Made by a program: the position numbers and the translations under genes. The notes under the pieces were generated by a model that saw only the letters and a program-made list of their open reading frames with translations, ran no database searches and had not been told where the DNA came from. From assembly GCA_965116195.1 (NCBI GenBank), contig OZ220491.1, positions 1,085,080 to 1,149,079 on the forward strand: DNA of 64,000 bases, read 5' to 3'. Shown piece by piece: positions 47,808 to 57,358 of the stretch (position 1 is its first letter; every line of letters begins with the position of its first letter). The stretch is from Acidimicrobiales bacterium (GTDB lineage: Bacteria; Actinomycetota; Acidimicrobiia; Acidimicrobiales; Aldehydirespiratoraceae).

Positions 47808-49208
47808 ATGACTGAGCATCGGGCGCAGGCGCTGACAGGAGAGGCCAGCGGGTACTCGCACGATTGTCGGCGCTGTTGCAATCGGGCGCAGGCGCTGATA
47901 GGAGAGGCCCTTGCCGAGCGGGTGACGCGCCTCGGCCACACCCTCCAGGCGAGCGGCGTGGCGGTCACTGTTGCCGAGATCATTGACGCCTCTGCGGCGG
48001 CGACCTACGTGGAGCTGGGCTCTCGCGAGGAGTTTCGAGCAGCCCTGAAGGCCACCCTTGTCAAGAGCGAGCGCCATCTGGCCGTCTTTGATGCTGTCTT
48101 TGACCGGCTGTTTCCGCTCAGCGGGACCGTTGGTGCCGGTGTTGCTGCACCCACCGCTGGGGACGCGGCGAGCGTCATTGCCCATGACGGCGACACGGCG
48201 GCGCTGGCAGCACGTCTGGTGGATGAGCACGGAGGTTTTGAGGGTGTGATGCGAGGTGAGCAACACCATCTTCAGCGTGTGCTGCGTGCCGCTGACCTGG
48301 CTCGGCTGATGAGCGATGCCCGCAAGACAAACCCGGAGTTGACGGCTGTGGAACTGCGGGAGCGCATTGAACGCCTCAAGCAACTCATGGCAGCCGAGGT
48401 GCGCTACCGCCTGGGGGAATCCTGCGACTCCGGTGTCACCGGTGACACCGACCAAGCCGCAGATGACACGGCGGTGCAGGACATCGAGTTTCTGAACGCC
48501 AGTCGAAGCCAGCTCGAGGAAATACGTGAGTCTGTCAGACCTCTGGCCCGAAGGCTTGCGGCGCGCCTGGCTCGGCGCAAACAATCCCGTCGTGGTCGCA
48601 ACGTCAACTTCCGCCGCACGGCCCGCTGGTCTCTCGCCACCGGTGGTACGCCGATTGATGTGGCCTACCAGCGAGCGCGCTTGCACAGGCCGGACCTGTA
48701 TGTGCTCTGTGACATCTCGGGCTCGGTGGCGCACTTCTCGGTGTTCACGCTGACGCTGATGTCCGCGCTCTCTGCTGAGGTGGCCAGGTGCCGTTCATTT
48801 GTGTTCGTTGATGCCGTTGACGAGGTCACCGGTCTGCTCGCCGCCACCGGCCACGGCATTGAACCCTGGCAGATCATGCGCAACACCAACGTGATCGCGG
48901 CTGACGGACACTCCGACTACGGAGCGGTACTGAACCAGTTCTGGGACGAGATCGGTGACCGGGAACTGCGACCCAACTCAACACTGTTGATCACGGGTGA
49001 TGCCCGAACGAACTACCGCGAGACGAGGGCCTCAACTCTTGAGGCGATCTCCGGTCGATGTCGCGCCGTGTACTGGTTGAATCCCGAGCCCCGCCAGGAC
49101 TGGGACACCCACGACTCAGAGATGAGCACCTATGCGCAGCACTGCACAGCTACGTTTGAGGTGCGAACGGTGCGACAGCTTGTCAGCTGTGTGGAAGAAC
49201 TGCTCTGA
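47808..49208 (+). CDS. vWA domain protein, CoxE-like
   Basis: 466 aa. MIDAS-type VLCDISGSVAHFS and LLITGDARTN. The start is uncertain because the first ~35 codons lie in a 63-bp duplication (ATCGGGCGCAGGCGCTGA(C/T)AGGAGAGGCC at 47818 and 47881). Confidence 0.75.
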   Translation: MTEHRAQALTGEASGYSHDCRRCCNRAQALIGEALAERVTRLGHTLQASGVAVTVAEIIDASAAATYVELGSREEFRAALKATLVKSERHLAVFDAVFDRLFPLSGTVGAGVAAPTAGDAASVIAHDGDTAALAARLVDEHGGFEGVMRGEQHHLQRVLRAADLARLMSDARKTNPELTAVELRERIERLKQLMAAEVRYRLGESCDSGVTGDTDQAADDTAVQDIEFLNASRSQLEEIRESVRPLARRLAARLARRKQSRRGRNVNFRRTARWSLATGGTPIDVAYQRARLHRPDLYVLCDISGSVAHFSVFTLTLMSALSAEVARCRSFVFVDAVDEVTGLLAATGHGIEPWQIMRNTNVIAADGHSDYGAVLNQFWDEIGDRELRPNSTLLITGDARTNYRETRASTLEAISGRCRAVYWLNPEPRQDWDTHDSEMSTYAQHCTATFEVRTVRQLVSCVEELL

Positions 49209-49241
49209 GCCGCTGGTTGCCCGGATCACAGGCTTGCAGGC

Positions 49242-49475
49242 TCACACTTCGATGAAGATGCACTCTCCAGGGCACTCTTCAGCCGATTCGATCACGGCCT
49301 CCTCCTGACCTGCGGGCACGGCTGCCAGACCCTCGGGTCCGCCGGGTTCCGAGAACACCTTGCCATCCTCAACGACATAGGCGAGACCGTCATCAAGCAG
49401 GGTGAACACATCGGGGGCGATCTCTTCGCACAGGCCGTCACCGGTGCACAAGTCCTGATCTATCCAGACCTTCAT
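49242..49475 (-). CDS. Small single-cluster ferredoxin
   Basis: 77 aa. MKVWIDQDLCTGDGLCEEIAPDVF...ECPGECIFIE. Confidence 0.85.
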   Translation of the reverse strand: MKVWIDQDLCTGDGLCEEIAPDVFTLLDDGLAYVVEDGKVFSEPGGPEGLAAVPAGQEEAVIESAEECPGECIFIEV

Positions 49476-49919
49476 CGTGTGGCTGTACCTCTCTTATCAG
49501 GGCAGGTCTCTCAGCGGGCCCGTTGGCTGCGTGGTGTCTGCGTGGGTTGGGATTGAGGGTTTGTGGGTCAGGGCCTGCCGAGTGAACTTCGACTGCGGGA
49601 CAGCATAGCGAGGTGCAACGAGGACCGGACGGGCAATCTCGGACGAATTTGTTTCTGGGAGACCCGCCCCGTCGGGCAGAGGTACTTTACAGGGATTATG
49701 CAAGCGAGACAGATGCTGCGAGACCTGCCCTGTCGTTCAGTGGCCCCAGCGCAGCCAAGATCGCACCGCAGGCGACGGCGGCGACAACCGATTTGCGCCC
49801 ATGACTGACACGTTGTCGGGTTCGTTGGTGTCGGCTGCCACGAGACCGATGGCGGCGACAACCGATTTGCCCCCACGATTGACAGTCTCAGCGCTTCCAT
49901 CGGCATAAGGTAGAAGAGT

Positions 49920-50271
49920 GTCCCGCTTCCCATGCACAGGAGGTGACCCATATGCCCAGGGCCTCGCACTCGGCCCCATATTCCCTCGCCCCCCATGCGC
50001 AAGAGGCGCGGTGATGCAGGTGCAATGGCAGTCCGGGCTGTCATGTCACACCTCTACGTTCCGCTCCCCTTGCGCAGGAGGTGACGAGGTGAGCGGCTCA
50101 TCGGGAGCCGGTCAAGTTGCGTCCGCCCCCGTTGCGCAGGAGGTGACCCGGACCGCATCACACGTGGGTACTCACCTTCGGGTCCGCCCCCGATGCGCAG
50201 GAGGTGACCGGAGCCTGTGTGGCGACCAGTTGGGGACTGGTAGTCCGCCCCCGATGTGCAGGGAGGTGACG
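49920..50271. CRISPR. CRISPR-like array: 6 repeats of 28-31 nt (consensus GTCCGCCCCCGATGCGCAGGAGGTGACC) with unrelated 32-34 nt spacers (one of 46 nt); orphan, with no cas gene in the window
   Basis: Repeats at 49920-49948, 49981-50011 (degenerate), 50058-50086, 50121-50148, 50182-50209 and 50243-50271. The period is 61-63 for the four best copies. Alternative readings are a structured leader or a decayed tandem duplication of the arc 5' end. Confidence 0.4.
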
Positions 50272-50272
50272 G

Positions 50273-52033
50273 GTGAGCGGCTTTGATGATGCGCACAACT
50301 TTGACGAAGCGCACCACGATCCAGCACTGACACGTCGCAGGCTGGCCGAGTTGCAGAGTGAGGTCACGTCTCTGAAGCGACGTCTCCAGGACGCCTCCAA
50401 GCGGGCGCGCGCCATGGAGCAGCGTGTCTTCGAGAACAAGGGCAGGCTCTCACAGGCGGTGTCACAGAACGAGAGGTTGACCGCCATGCTGCGCGATGCC
50501 CGCGAGCACATCAGCACGCTGCGTGAAGAGGTGGAAAAGCTCACGCAGCCACCGAGCGGTTACGGGACCGTGCTTGATCACAACGACGACGGAACGGTTG
50601 ATGTGCGTTGCGGAGGACGAAAGATGCGGGTGGCGGCACAGCCCGAACTGCTCAAGGAGTTGCGTGTCGGTGACCAGGTGGTGCTGAACGAATCGTTCAG
50701 TGCGATCATGGCGCTGCGCCCTGACCGCACAGGCGAGGTGGTCACGGTAAAGGAACTCCTGCCCGGTGGTGACCGTGCGCTGATAGTCGGCTCGGCTGAT
50801 GAGGAGCGGATCGTGCAACTCGCCGAGAGCGTGAAGCAGGAACCGATCCGCAGTGGTGACAACGTGCTCGTGGACTCCTCAGCTGCCCTGCTGATAGAGC
50901 GCCTGCCACGGCCCGAGGTGGAGGATCTCGTGCTGGAAGAGGTCCCCGACATCAGCTACGTGGACGTGGGCGGGCTTGACACCCAGATCGAGCAGATCAC
51001 CGACGCTGTGGAGCTGCCGTTCGTGCATCAGGCGCTGTTCGCCGACTACGACCTTCCTGCCCCCAAGGGCGTGCTGCTCTACGGGCCCCCCGGCTGCGGC
51101 AAGACCCTGATTGCCAAGGCTGTTGCCAACAGTCTGGCCCGCAAGGTGTCGGAGGTGTCCGGTGACACCAACGCTCGCAGCTATTTCCTCAACATCAAGG
51201 GTCCCGAACTCCTCAACAAATACGTCGGCGAGACCGAACGACAGATCCGGCTGGTGTTTCAGCGTGCCCGCGAGAAGAGCGAGCAGGGCTGGCCTGTGAT
51301 CGTGTTCTTCGACGAGATGGAATCGCTGTTCCGCACCCGTGGCTCGGGGATCAGTTCGGACATCGAGTCGACGATCGTGCCCCAGTTGTTGGCCGAGATC
51401 GATGGTGTTGAGGCGTTGCGGAATGTGATCGTCATCGGTGCGTCCAACCGTGAGGACCTGATAGACCCCGCGATCCTGCGTCCCGGGCGTCTTGATGTCA
51501 AGATCAAGATCGAACGTCCCAATGCCGAGGCAGCCGCCGCGATCTTCTCCCGCTACCTGGTGCCGACACTGCCCATAGCTGCTGAGATGGTCGAGACGGT
51601 CGGTGGTGGCGATCCGGACAAGGCCGTCCGAGCCATGATCGAACAGACGGTCGAGGACATGTACCGACCGGTTGACGACAATCAGTTCCTGGAGGTCACC
51701 TACCAGAACGGCGACAAGGAGATCATGTACTTCCGCGACTTCGCCTCGGGGGCCATGATCGAGAATGTCGTGCGACGGGCCAAGAAGCTGGCGATCAAGC
51801 GCGAGATCGCGGGCGGGGAGCGTGGCATCGCCCTGGTTGACCTGTCGGCTTCGGTCCGCCAGGAGTTCAAAGAGCACGAAGACCTGCCCAACACGACCAA
51901 CCCGGACGACTGGGCCCGGATCTCGGGCAAGAAGGGCGAACGCATCGTCTTTGTGCGCACACTGGCCTCAAGCGAGGACCTCGTCTCGGGGGGACGCTCA
52001 ATCGAGAGGGTCCAGACCGGCCAGTACCTGTGA
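50273..52033 (+). CDS. arc: Proteasome-associated AAA ATPase (ARC/Mpa)
   Basis: 586 aa. N-terminal coiled coil, Walker A GPPGCGKT, Walker [10 protein letters not shown], and the C-terminal GQYL proteasome-docking motif. Confidence 0.96.
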   Translation: MSGFDDAHNFDEAHHDPALTRRRLAELQSEVTSLKRRLQDASKRARAMEQRVFENKGRLSQAVSQNERLTAMLRDAREHISTLREEVEKLTQPPSGYGTVLDHNDDGTVDVRCGGRKMRVAAQPELLKELRVGDQVVLNESFSAIMALRPDRTGEVVTVKELLPGGDRALIVGSADEERIVQLAESVKQEPIRSGDNVLVDSSAALLIERLPRPEVEDLVLEEVPDISYVDVGGLDTQIEQITDAVELPFVHQALFADYDLPAPKGVLLYGPPGCGKTLIAKAVANSLARKVSEVSGDTNARSYFLNIKGPELLNKYVGETERQIRLVFQRAREKSEQGWPVIVFFDEMESLFRTRGSGISSDIESTIVPQLLAEIDGVEALRNVIVIGASNREDLIDPAILRPGRLDVKIKIERPNAEAAAAIFSRYLVPTLPIAAEMVETVGGGDPDKAVRAMIEQTVEDMYRPVDDNQFLEVTYQNGDKEIMYFRDFASGAMIENVVRRAKKLAIKREIAGGERGIALVDLSASVRQEFKEHEDLPNTTNPDDWARISGKKGERIVFVRTLASSEDLVSGGRSIERVQTGQYL

Positions 52034-52205
52034 GATATCTGTGAGATCCACGAGCCTGTCTTTGTTCGTGCCACGCCTGGAGTTGCCCCGTACCGTGTCG
52101 CAGTAGCCGGTCTTGGTGCCGCATTCCCGAAATCCTGTTGCAGACTGCCGCTGGCCGACTTACCATGAGCACCCCAAGTCAAACCGAGTCCCATGGAGGA
52201 ATATC

Positions 52206-53363
52206 ATGACTAAACCCCTGCACTGGCGCGTACTCGCTGTGCTGTTCGCTGTAGTCCTTGTCGCTGCAAGTTGCGGCGACGACGATGACGGTGACGACGC
52301 AGCTTCAACAACGACTGCGCCTGCAACAACCGAGGCACCAGATGATGCGCCTGCCACAACCGAGGCACCATCTGACACTGTGGTAGTAACCCAGGATGCC
52401 GACCTGCTTGACACCGTGATGGCTCGCGGCGAACTGCACTGCGGTGTCTCGGGCGCGGCTGTGGCGTTCTCGGAGACCCAGCCTGACGGCTCCCAAACAG
52501 GCTTTGACGCCGACTACTGCCGAGCTGTGGCAGCAGCGATCTTCGGCGATGCCAACGCTGTCGTCTTCACCCCGCTGACAGCTGCTGAGCGTTTCACTGC
52601 GGTGCAGACCGGTCAGGTGGACGTGCTGATGCGCAACACCACCTGGACTCAAGGCCGCGACACCGAGGTGGGTATGGACTTCGGTCCCACCACCTACTAC
52701 GACGGCCAGCAGCTCATGGCGCGTGCCAGTGACGGCTTCACCAACGCCTCTGATGTGAGCGACATCGGCGGCGCTGTTGTGTGTACCAACGCCGGTACCA
52801 CCACCGAGCAGAACATCGCCGATGCCGCAGATGCTGCCGGGGTGGAGATAACGCTGAACACGTTTGAGGACTTCGACATCGTGACCACCAACTTCACCGA
52901 GGGGGCCTGTGACATCATCACGACTGATGGTTCGGCACTCGTCGGGCGCAAGGCCAACCAGCAGCCCGCCGGTGAGGAGTGGGTGATCTTCCCGCCCACG
53001 CCCATCTCCAAGGAGCCACTGGGCCCGACCTATGGCCAGAACAACTCGCGTTTCGCCGATGTTGTGAACTGGACCGTCTACGCAATGATCATCGCTGACG
53101 AGAAGGGCATCACCCAGGCCAACGTGGACCAGATGGCCGCCAGCCCGCCTGATGCTGAAGCGGCTCGCCTGCTGGGCGGTGAGGGTGAACTCCAGAGTGC
53201 CATGGGTCTGGCACCGGATGCCTTCATGCAGGTCATCAAGCAGGTCGGCAACTACGACGACGTATACGAACGTCACCTGGTACCGGTGGGCCTGACCCGT
53301 GAGGGCTCCGCCAATGCCGGCTGGCTTGACGGCGGCCTGATCTACGCTCCACCTGCGAGGTAA
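52206..53363 (+). CDS. Polar amino-acid ABC transporter substrate-binding lipoprotein (AapJ/BztA-like)
   Basis: In-frame part of ORF 52113..53363. GGAGGA SD. Signal plus lipobox (LVAASCGDDDD). Confidence 0.8.
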   Translation: MTKPLHWRVLAVLFAVVLVAASCGDDDDGDDAASTTTAPATTEAPDDAPATTEAPSDTVVVTQDADLLDTVMARGELHCGVSGAAVAFSETQPDGSQTGFDADYCRAVAAAIFGDANAVVFTPLTAAERFTAVQTGQVDVLMRNTTWTQGRDTEVGMDFGPTTYYDGQQLMARASDGFTNASDVSDIGGAVVCTNAGTTTEQNIADAADAAGVEITLNTFEDFDIVTTNFTEGACDIITTDGSALVGRKANQQPAGEEWVIFPPTPISKEPLGPTYGQNNSRFADVVNWTVYAMIIADEKGITQANVDQMAASPPDAEAARLLGGEGELQSAMGLAPDAFMQVIKQVGNYDDVYERHLVPVGLTREGSANAGWLDGGLIYAPPAR

Positions 53364-53418
53364 CAGGCGCGAGCAACTGCAAATGGCAGCATCTTGGCGA
53401 CACATCGTCTAGGTTTGC

Positions 53419-53446
53419 GGGGGTTGGGATGTCAGTCCCAACCCCC
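53419..53446 (+). terminator. Strong GC hairpin (11-bp stem, 6-nt loop) between the binding-protein and permease genes; possible attenuator or terminator
   Basis: GGGGGTTGGGA-TGTCAG-TCCCAACCCCC. There is no clear U-tract, so the function is uncertain. Confidence 0.4.
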
Positions 53447-53499
53447 GTTGCTGTTCCCAGCACCAAAAACACCCCGATCTGCTCCGGAGGCGCCTAGGC

Positions 53500-55035
53500 G
53501 TGTCCAACACTGAACCGGCCACGTTGGCTGCGACACAGGCGCAGCGACCCCCCATTTATCGAGACGCAACCATTGTGAAATGGTTGGCCCAGGTCATCAC
53601 CTTGCTGCTGGTGCTGCTTGCCATGTACTTCCTGGCCTCTCAAGCGCGGAGCAACCTGGAAGCCAAAGACATCAGCACCGGTTACGACTTCTTGGGCATC
53701 AATCTGGGAAGCGATCTCGGCTCCGGCATTGACACCAACCCCGACACCAGCGGTCGGGCGTTGTGGGTGGGTATGGTCAACACGATTCGCCTCTCGATCG
53801 GCGGCATCATCATGGCAACGTTGCTCGGCATCCTCATCGGCGTGGGGCGGCTTTCCAGCAACTGGATCGTCCATCGGGCCAGCAGCATCTTCATCGAAAC
53901 CGTGCGCAACATTCCGCCGCTGGTTCAGATCATCCTGCTTTTTGTTGTGATAGCCAGCCTGCCCAGCGTGGAACCCGATCAGGGGCCTGTACACGGCTGG
54001 CTGCACGTCTCCAACAAGGGCGTGTCCATCCCGCGCGTGTTCCTGGGTGACGGCTTCTATCAGTGGATGGTGTTCATCGTTGTCGGTGTCATCGCCGGCT
54101 GGCTCGCCATGCGGGCACGAACGCGTTTGCGCGAAGCCACGGGACGTGAGACCTATCCGGTGTTCAGCTTCGCGGTGGTGGTGGGCGGATTCGGGCTGGT
54201 GGGCTGGTTTGTGCATCCCGTCTTCGGCTGGGTCGGTGAGGTGTTCGACTTCTTGGCCGAGGCTGTTGACTCCCTCACCCCCCGCATCGTTCAAGCCGTC
54301 ATCTCGCTCGTTGCCCTGGTTGTGGCGGTGCTGTGGATCAGACGTTTCCTGGCTCAGCACCGCACGCCGGCAGGACTGATGAAACTTGCTGATGATGACT
54401 ACTTCCGTATTGTCTTTGCGATAGTCGGCGCGGCAATCGTGATCCTCTTCGTGACTTTGGGCTGGCCGGGACTGTCGAGTTGGATCATCAACTCCGGACG
54501 CGATCTCTTTGAGGTGCTCGGCGACAAGTTCGGCGACGGTCGCACCGGGCAGCCGATTGATGCCATGCGGCCCGACATTGAACAGCTCGGCAACTTCCCG
54601 AACTACGGCCCGGCCGGCCTCAACCTGATCCAGGGTCTGGCTGCGGTCTATTTTGGTTTGGTCTTGTACACGGCAGCCTTTATTGCCGAGATCGTGCGAG
54701 GTGGGATTCTGGCCGTGCCGAAGGGTCAGACCGAGGCTGCTCAAGCCGTTGGGCTGCGTCGGGCGACCATGCTGCGACGTGTTGTCCTGCCTCAGGCCTT
54801 CCGTGTGATAATGCCACCGCTTGGCAACCAGTACCTGAACCTCACCAAAAACACCTCATTGGCAATAGCTGTCGGCTACAGCGACATCGTGCAGGTGGGG
54901 CAGTCTGTTTACAACCAGACCGGCAAGACACTTGAAGTTGTGTCGATCTGGATGTTGTTCTATCTGGCTTGTTCACTCACCATCTCGGTGATTGTGAACT
55001 TCTTCAACGTTCGACTCAAGATCGTGGAGCGCTGA
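53500..55035 (+). CDS. Amino-acid ABC transporter permease (AapQ/BztB-like)
   Basis: 511 aa, multi-TM. EAA-loop region QTEAAQAVGLRRATMLRRVVLPQA. Confidence 0.85.
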   Translation: MSNTEPATLAATQAQRPPIYRDATIVKWLAQVITLLLVLLAMYFLASQARSNLEAKDISTGYDFLGINLGSDLGSGIDTNPDTSGRALWVGMVNTIRLSIGGIIMATLLGILIGVGRLSSNWIVHRASSIFIETVRNIPPLVQIILLFVVIASLPSVEPDQGPVHGWLHVSNKGVSIPRVFLGDGFYQWMVFIVVGVIAGWLAMRARTRLREATGRETYPVFSFAVVVGGFGLVGWFVHPVFGWVGEVFDFLAEAVDSLTPRIVQAVISLVALVVAVLWIRRFLAQHRTPAGLMKLADDDYFRIVFAIVGAAIVILFVTLGWPGLSSWIINSGRDLFEVLGDKFGDGRTGQPIDAMRPDIEQLGNFPNYGPAGLNLIQGLAAVYFGLVLYTAAFIAEIVRGGILAVPKGQTEAAQAVGLRRATMLRRVVLPQAFRVIMPPLGNQYLNLTKNTSLAIAVGYSDIVQVGQSVYNQTGKTLEVVSIWMLFYLACSLTISVIVNFFNVRLKIVER

Positions 55036-55036
55036 G

Positions 55037-56986
55037 ATGGGACTGCCGATGGGTGAACATACCGCAGCAGGTGTTCCGAGGTCACAGCAACCTGATCAAT
55101 GGGAGGAGGCAGCGACAACCAACGGCGAGCCGGAGCAGCCGAGCCTGTCGGCTCGCCAATGGGCCCACAAGAACCTCTTCTCGACGCCTTTCAACTCGGT
55201 GCTGACCGTGGTGTTCGGGTTGTTGATCCTGCTCACCGTCAGAGGCCTGCTCAACTTCACTTTCAGCGAGGAACGCAACTGGGAAGCAGTGCGCACCAAC
55301 CTGCGGTTGATCTTCACCCACGCCTACCCGCAGGACCAGTACTCCCGTATCTGGGTGTGTGTCGGTGCCGTTGTGGTGCTGGCCGGCCTGTCATTGGGTT
55401 TGCGGGTGGGAGCCGGCCGTGGTGTGTCGGTGAAGAAACTCGCGAGCAGTTTGATGGCCCTCGGCATTGCCATTGCTGTCGGGGTGGTGCTGCGTGAGCC
55501 GTCGGTGCGTACTGATGCCGAGGGATCGGTTTTGCGTGACGAAGGCGGCGGCGTTGTCCGGGAGTCTTTCGCTGCGGCCATGTCGGATCGCTGGGTCTGG
55601 TGGCTGGTAGCCGCTCTGTTGGCCGGTGCTGGTGCCGCTTTGTGGTACAGCATGGATGATCTGAAACGTCGTAACACGTTTGTTCCACCGGTCGAGTTGG
55701 GACTGGCGCTGATCGGGTTGTTGGTGCTTTCGGCCTGGGTGTATCCGTGGGGCCACTTCGCTTTCGCTGAGGGTGAGTTCATTGCTGAACCCGGCCGCAC
55801 GGTGGCAATGTCCACCAAGTTGCCGTGGACCGTCATGTGGCTGTTGCTGGTGGTGGCTGTCGCAGTTGGTCGGCAGATGCGCAGCCTGGGTACCGCGCAG
55901 CAGATCAGACTGGCATTGAACCTGGCCTGGCTGCTGTGCCCGTTCTTGCTGTTCTGGGTGGTACTGCGTGACCCGGCGCTGGACCGGGGACGTGTTGTCG
56001 CTGTGGACATACCGCTGGCTGTGCTGTTCGCTGTCTTTGGAGGGGCTGTGGTGTGGGTGCTCACAAACCCCAAGATCGGGGAACTGGGCCGCCTGCTGGC
56101 GATGGGTTTGCTGGGTCTCGCCTTGTTCAACTGGGTTGCGGCCTTCTTCGGCTGGTATCCGATGCTGCAAAAGGTGCGGCTCAGCTTCCTGCTGTTGGCA
56201 CTGGTGGCGTTGCTGGCCCACAACTTCGCAGGCGAGCGATCAAAGCGTCTGCGACTGCTGGTGGCATGGGGCTTGGGAATGGCCTTGTTTCACTACATGG
56301 CCACGATCATAAACACCCCGTCAACGGTGGAAACACCCACCGAAGCTCTGATAGGCGGGTTTGCGGTCACGGTCATTGTTGCTGTCTTCACCACAATGTT
56401 CTCGTTTCCTCTGGGCGTGTTGTTGGCGTTGGCGCGTACATCCAAGTTGCCCATATTCAGAGTGCTCGCAACCTCCTACATTGAGGTGATCAGGGGAGTG
56501 CCACTGATCACAATCCTGATTTTCTTTGCCATCATCGTGCAACTCTTTCTGCCCGACGGAATGAGCATCAGCCAACTGGCGGCAGCCACGCTGGGATACA
56601 CACTTTTCTCTGCTGCCTATCTGGCCGAGAATGTGCGAGGAGGACTCCAAGCGATACGCCGGGGCCAGTATGAGGCATCAGACGCAGTGGGGCTCAGCAC
56701 GGTGCAGCGAACCTTGTTCATCGTGTTGCCCCAGGCGCTGCGCGTTTCCATACCGCCGCTGGTGGGTCAGATGATAGCTATTTTCAAGGAGACCTCGCTG
56801 CTGGCGATCATCGGTATCTTTGACCTGCTGCGCATGGCCAACAGTGTCATTCCGGCTCAGACTCAGTTCCTGGGGGTCAAACGTGAGGGACTGCTGTTTG
56901 TGTGCGTCGTCTACTGGGTGTTCGCCTACAGCATGTCCAGGTACAGCCAGCGCCTAGAGAAGCGCCTGGGAGTGGGTGAGCGCTAG
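55037..56986 (+). CDS. Amino-acid ABC transporter permease (AapM/BztC-like) with a long extra N-terminal multi-TM region
   Basis: 649 aa. EAA-loop region QYEASDAVGLSTVQRTLFIVLPQA. Confidence 0.85.
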   Translation: MGLPMGEHTAAGVPRSQQPDQWEEAATTNGEPEQPSLSARQWAHKNLFSTPFNSVLTVVFGLLILLTVRGLLNFTFSEERNWEAVRTNLRLIFTHAYPQDQYSRIWVCVGAVVVLAGLSLGLRVGAGRGVSVKKLASSLMALGIAIAVGVVLREPSVRTDAEGSVLRDEGGGVVRESFAAAMSDRWVWWLVAALLAGAGAALWYSMDDLKRRNTFVPPVELGLALIGLLVLSAWVYPWGHFAFAEGEFIAEPGRTVAMSTKLPWTVMWLLLVVAVAVGRQMRSLGTAQQIRLALNLAWLLCPFLLFWVVLRDPALDRGRVVAVDIPLAVLFAVFGGAVVWVLTNPKIGELGRLLAMGLLGLALFNWVAAFFGWYPMLQKVRLSFLLLALVALLAHNFAGERSKRLRLLVAWGLGMALFHYMATIINTPSTVETPTEALIGGFAVTVIVAVFTTMFSFPLGVLLALARTSKLPIFRVLATSYIEVIRGVPLITILIFFAIIVQLFLPDGMSISQLAAATLGYTLFSAAYLAENVRGGLQAIRRGQYEASDAVGLSTVQRTLFIVLPQALRVSIPPLVGQMIAIFKETSLLAIIGIFDLLRMANSVIPAQTQFLGVKREGLLFVCVVYWVFAYSMSRYSQRLEKRLGVGER

Positions 56987-57039
56987 CTGTGGGGAAGCGT
57001 TCAGCCACCGAGCGTTCGACCACTGAGAGTTTGGCCACG

Positions 57040-57255
57040 GAGGGTTTGGCCACCGAGGTCAGTTTGCGACCGGTGCAACAGTCAGCATCGCAGAGTTTAG
57101 CCACCGAGGGTTCAACCACCGAGGTCAGTTTGCGACCGGTGCAACAGTCAGCATCGCAGAGTTTAGCCACCGAGGGTTCAACCACCGAGGTCAGTTTGCG
57201 ACCGGTGCAACAGTCAGCATCGCAGAGTTTAGCCACCGAGGGTTCAACCACTGGG
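57040..57255. repeat. 66-bp tandem repeat x ~3.4 inside the ABC operon (between the permease and ATPase genes)
   Basis: GAGGTCAGTTTGCGACCGGTGCAACAGTCAGCATCGCAGAGTTTAGCCACC occurs at 57055, 57121 and 57187. Confidence 0.92.
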
Positions 57256-57358
57256 GTCAGTTCGTCGGCCTGTTCCACGAGATGGAGTCGGAGGATGCGG
57301 CTGGCCGGTCTTGTTGTCAACAGAAATCACTTTGTCAGACAGAAAAAGGAGTATTGCC

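Noticed and set aside
49918-50286. 122-aa ORF reading through the arc-upstream repeat array
   Set aside because: It consists of translated repeats and spacers and ends 14 nt inside arc. It has no coding character.
53494-54744. 416-aa minus-strand ORF, and similar long antisense ORFs at 52305..53405, 55324..56223, 50879..51877, 35431..36543, 47766..48734, 11470..12516 and 58820..59650
   Set aside because: Each is antisense to a gene with strong family motifs. Their products are Arg/Pro/His-rich and typical of GC-rich non-coding frames.
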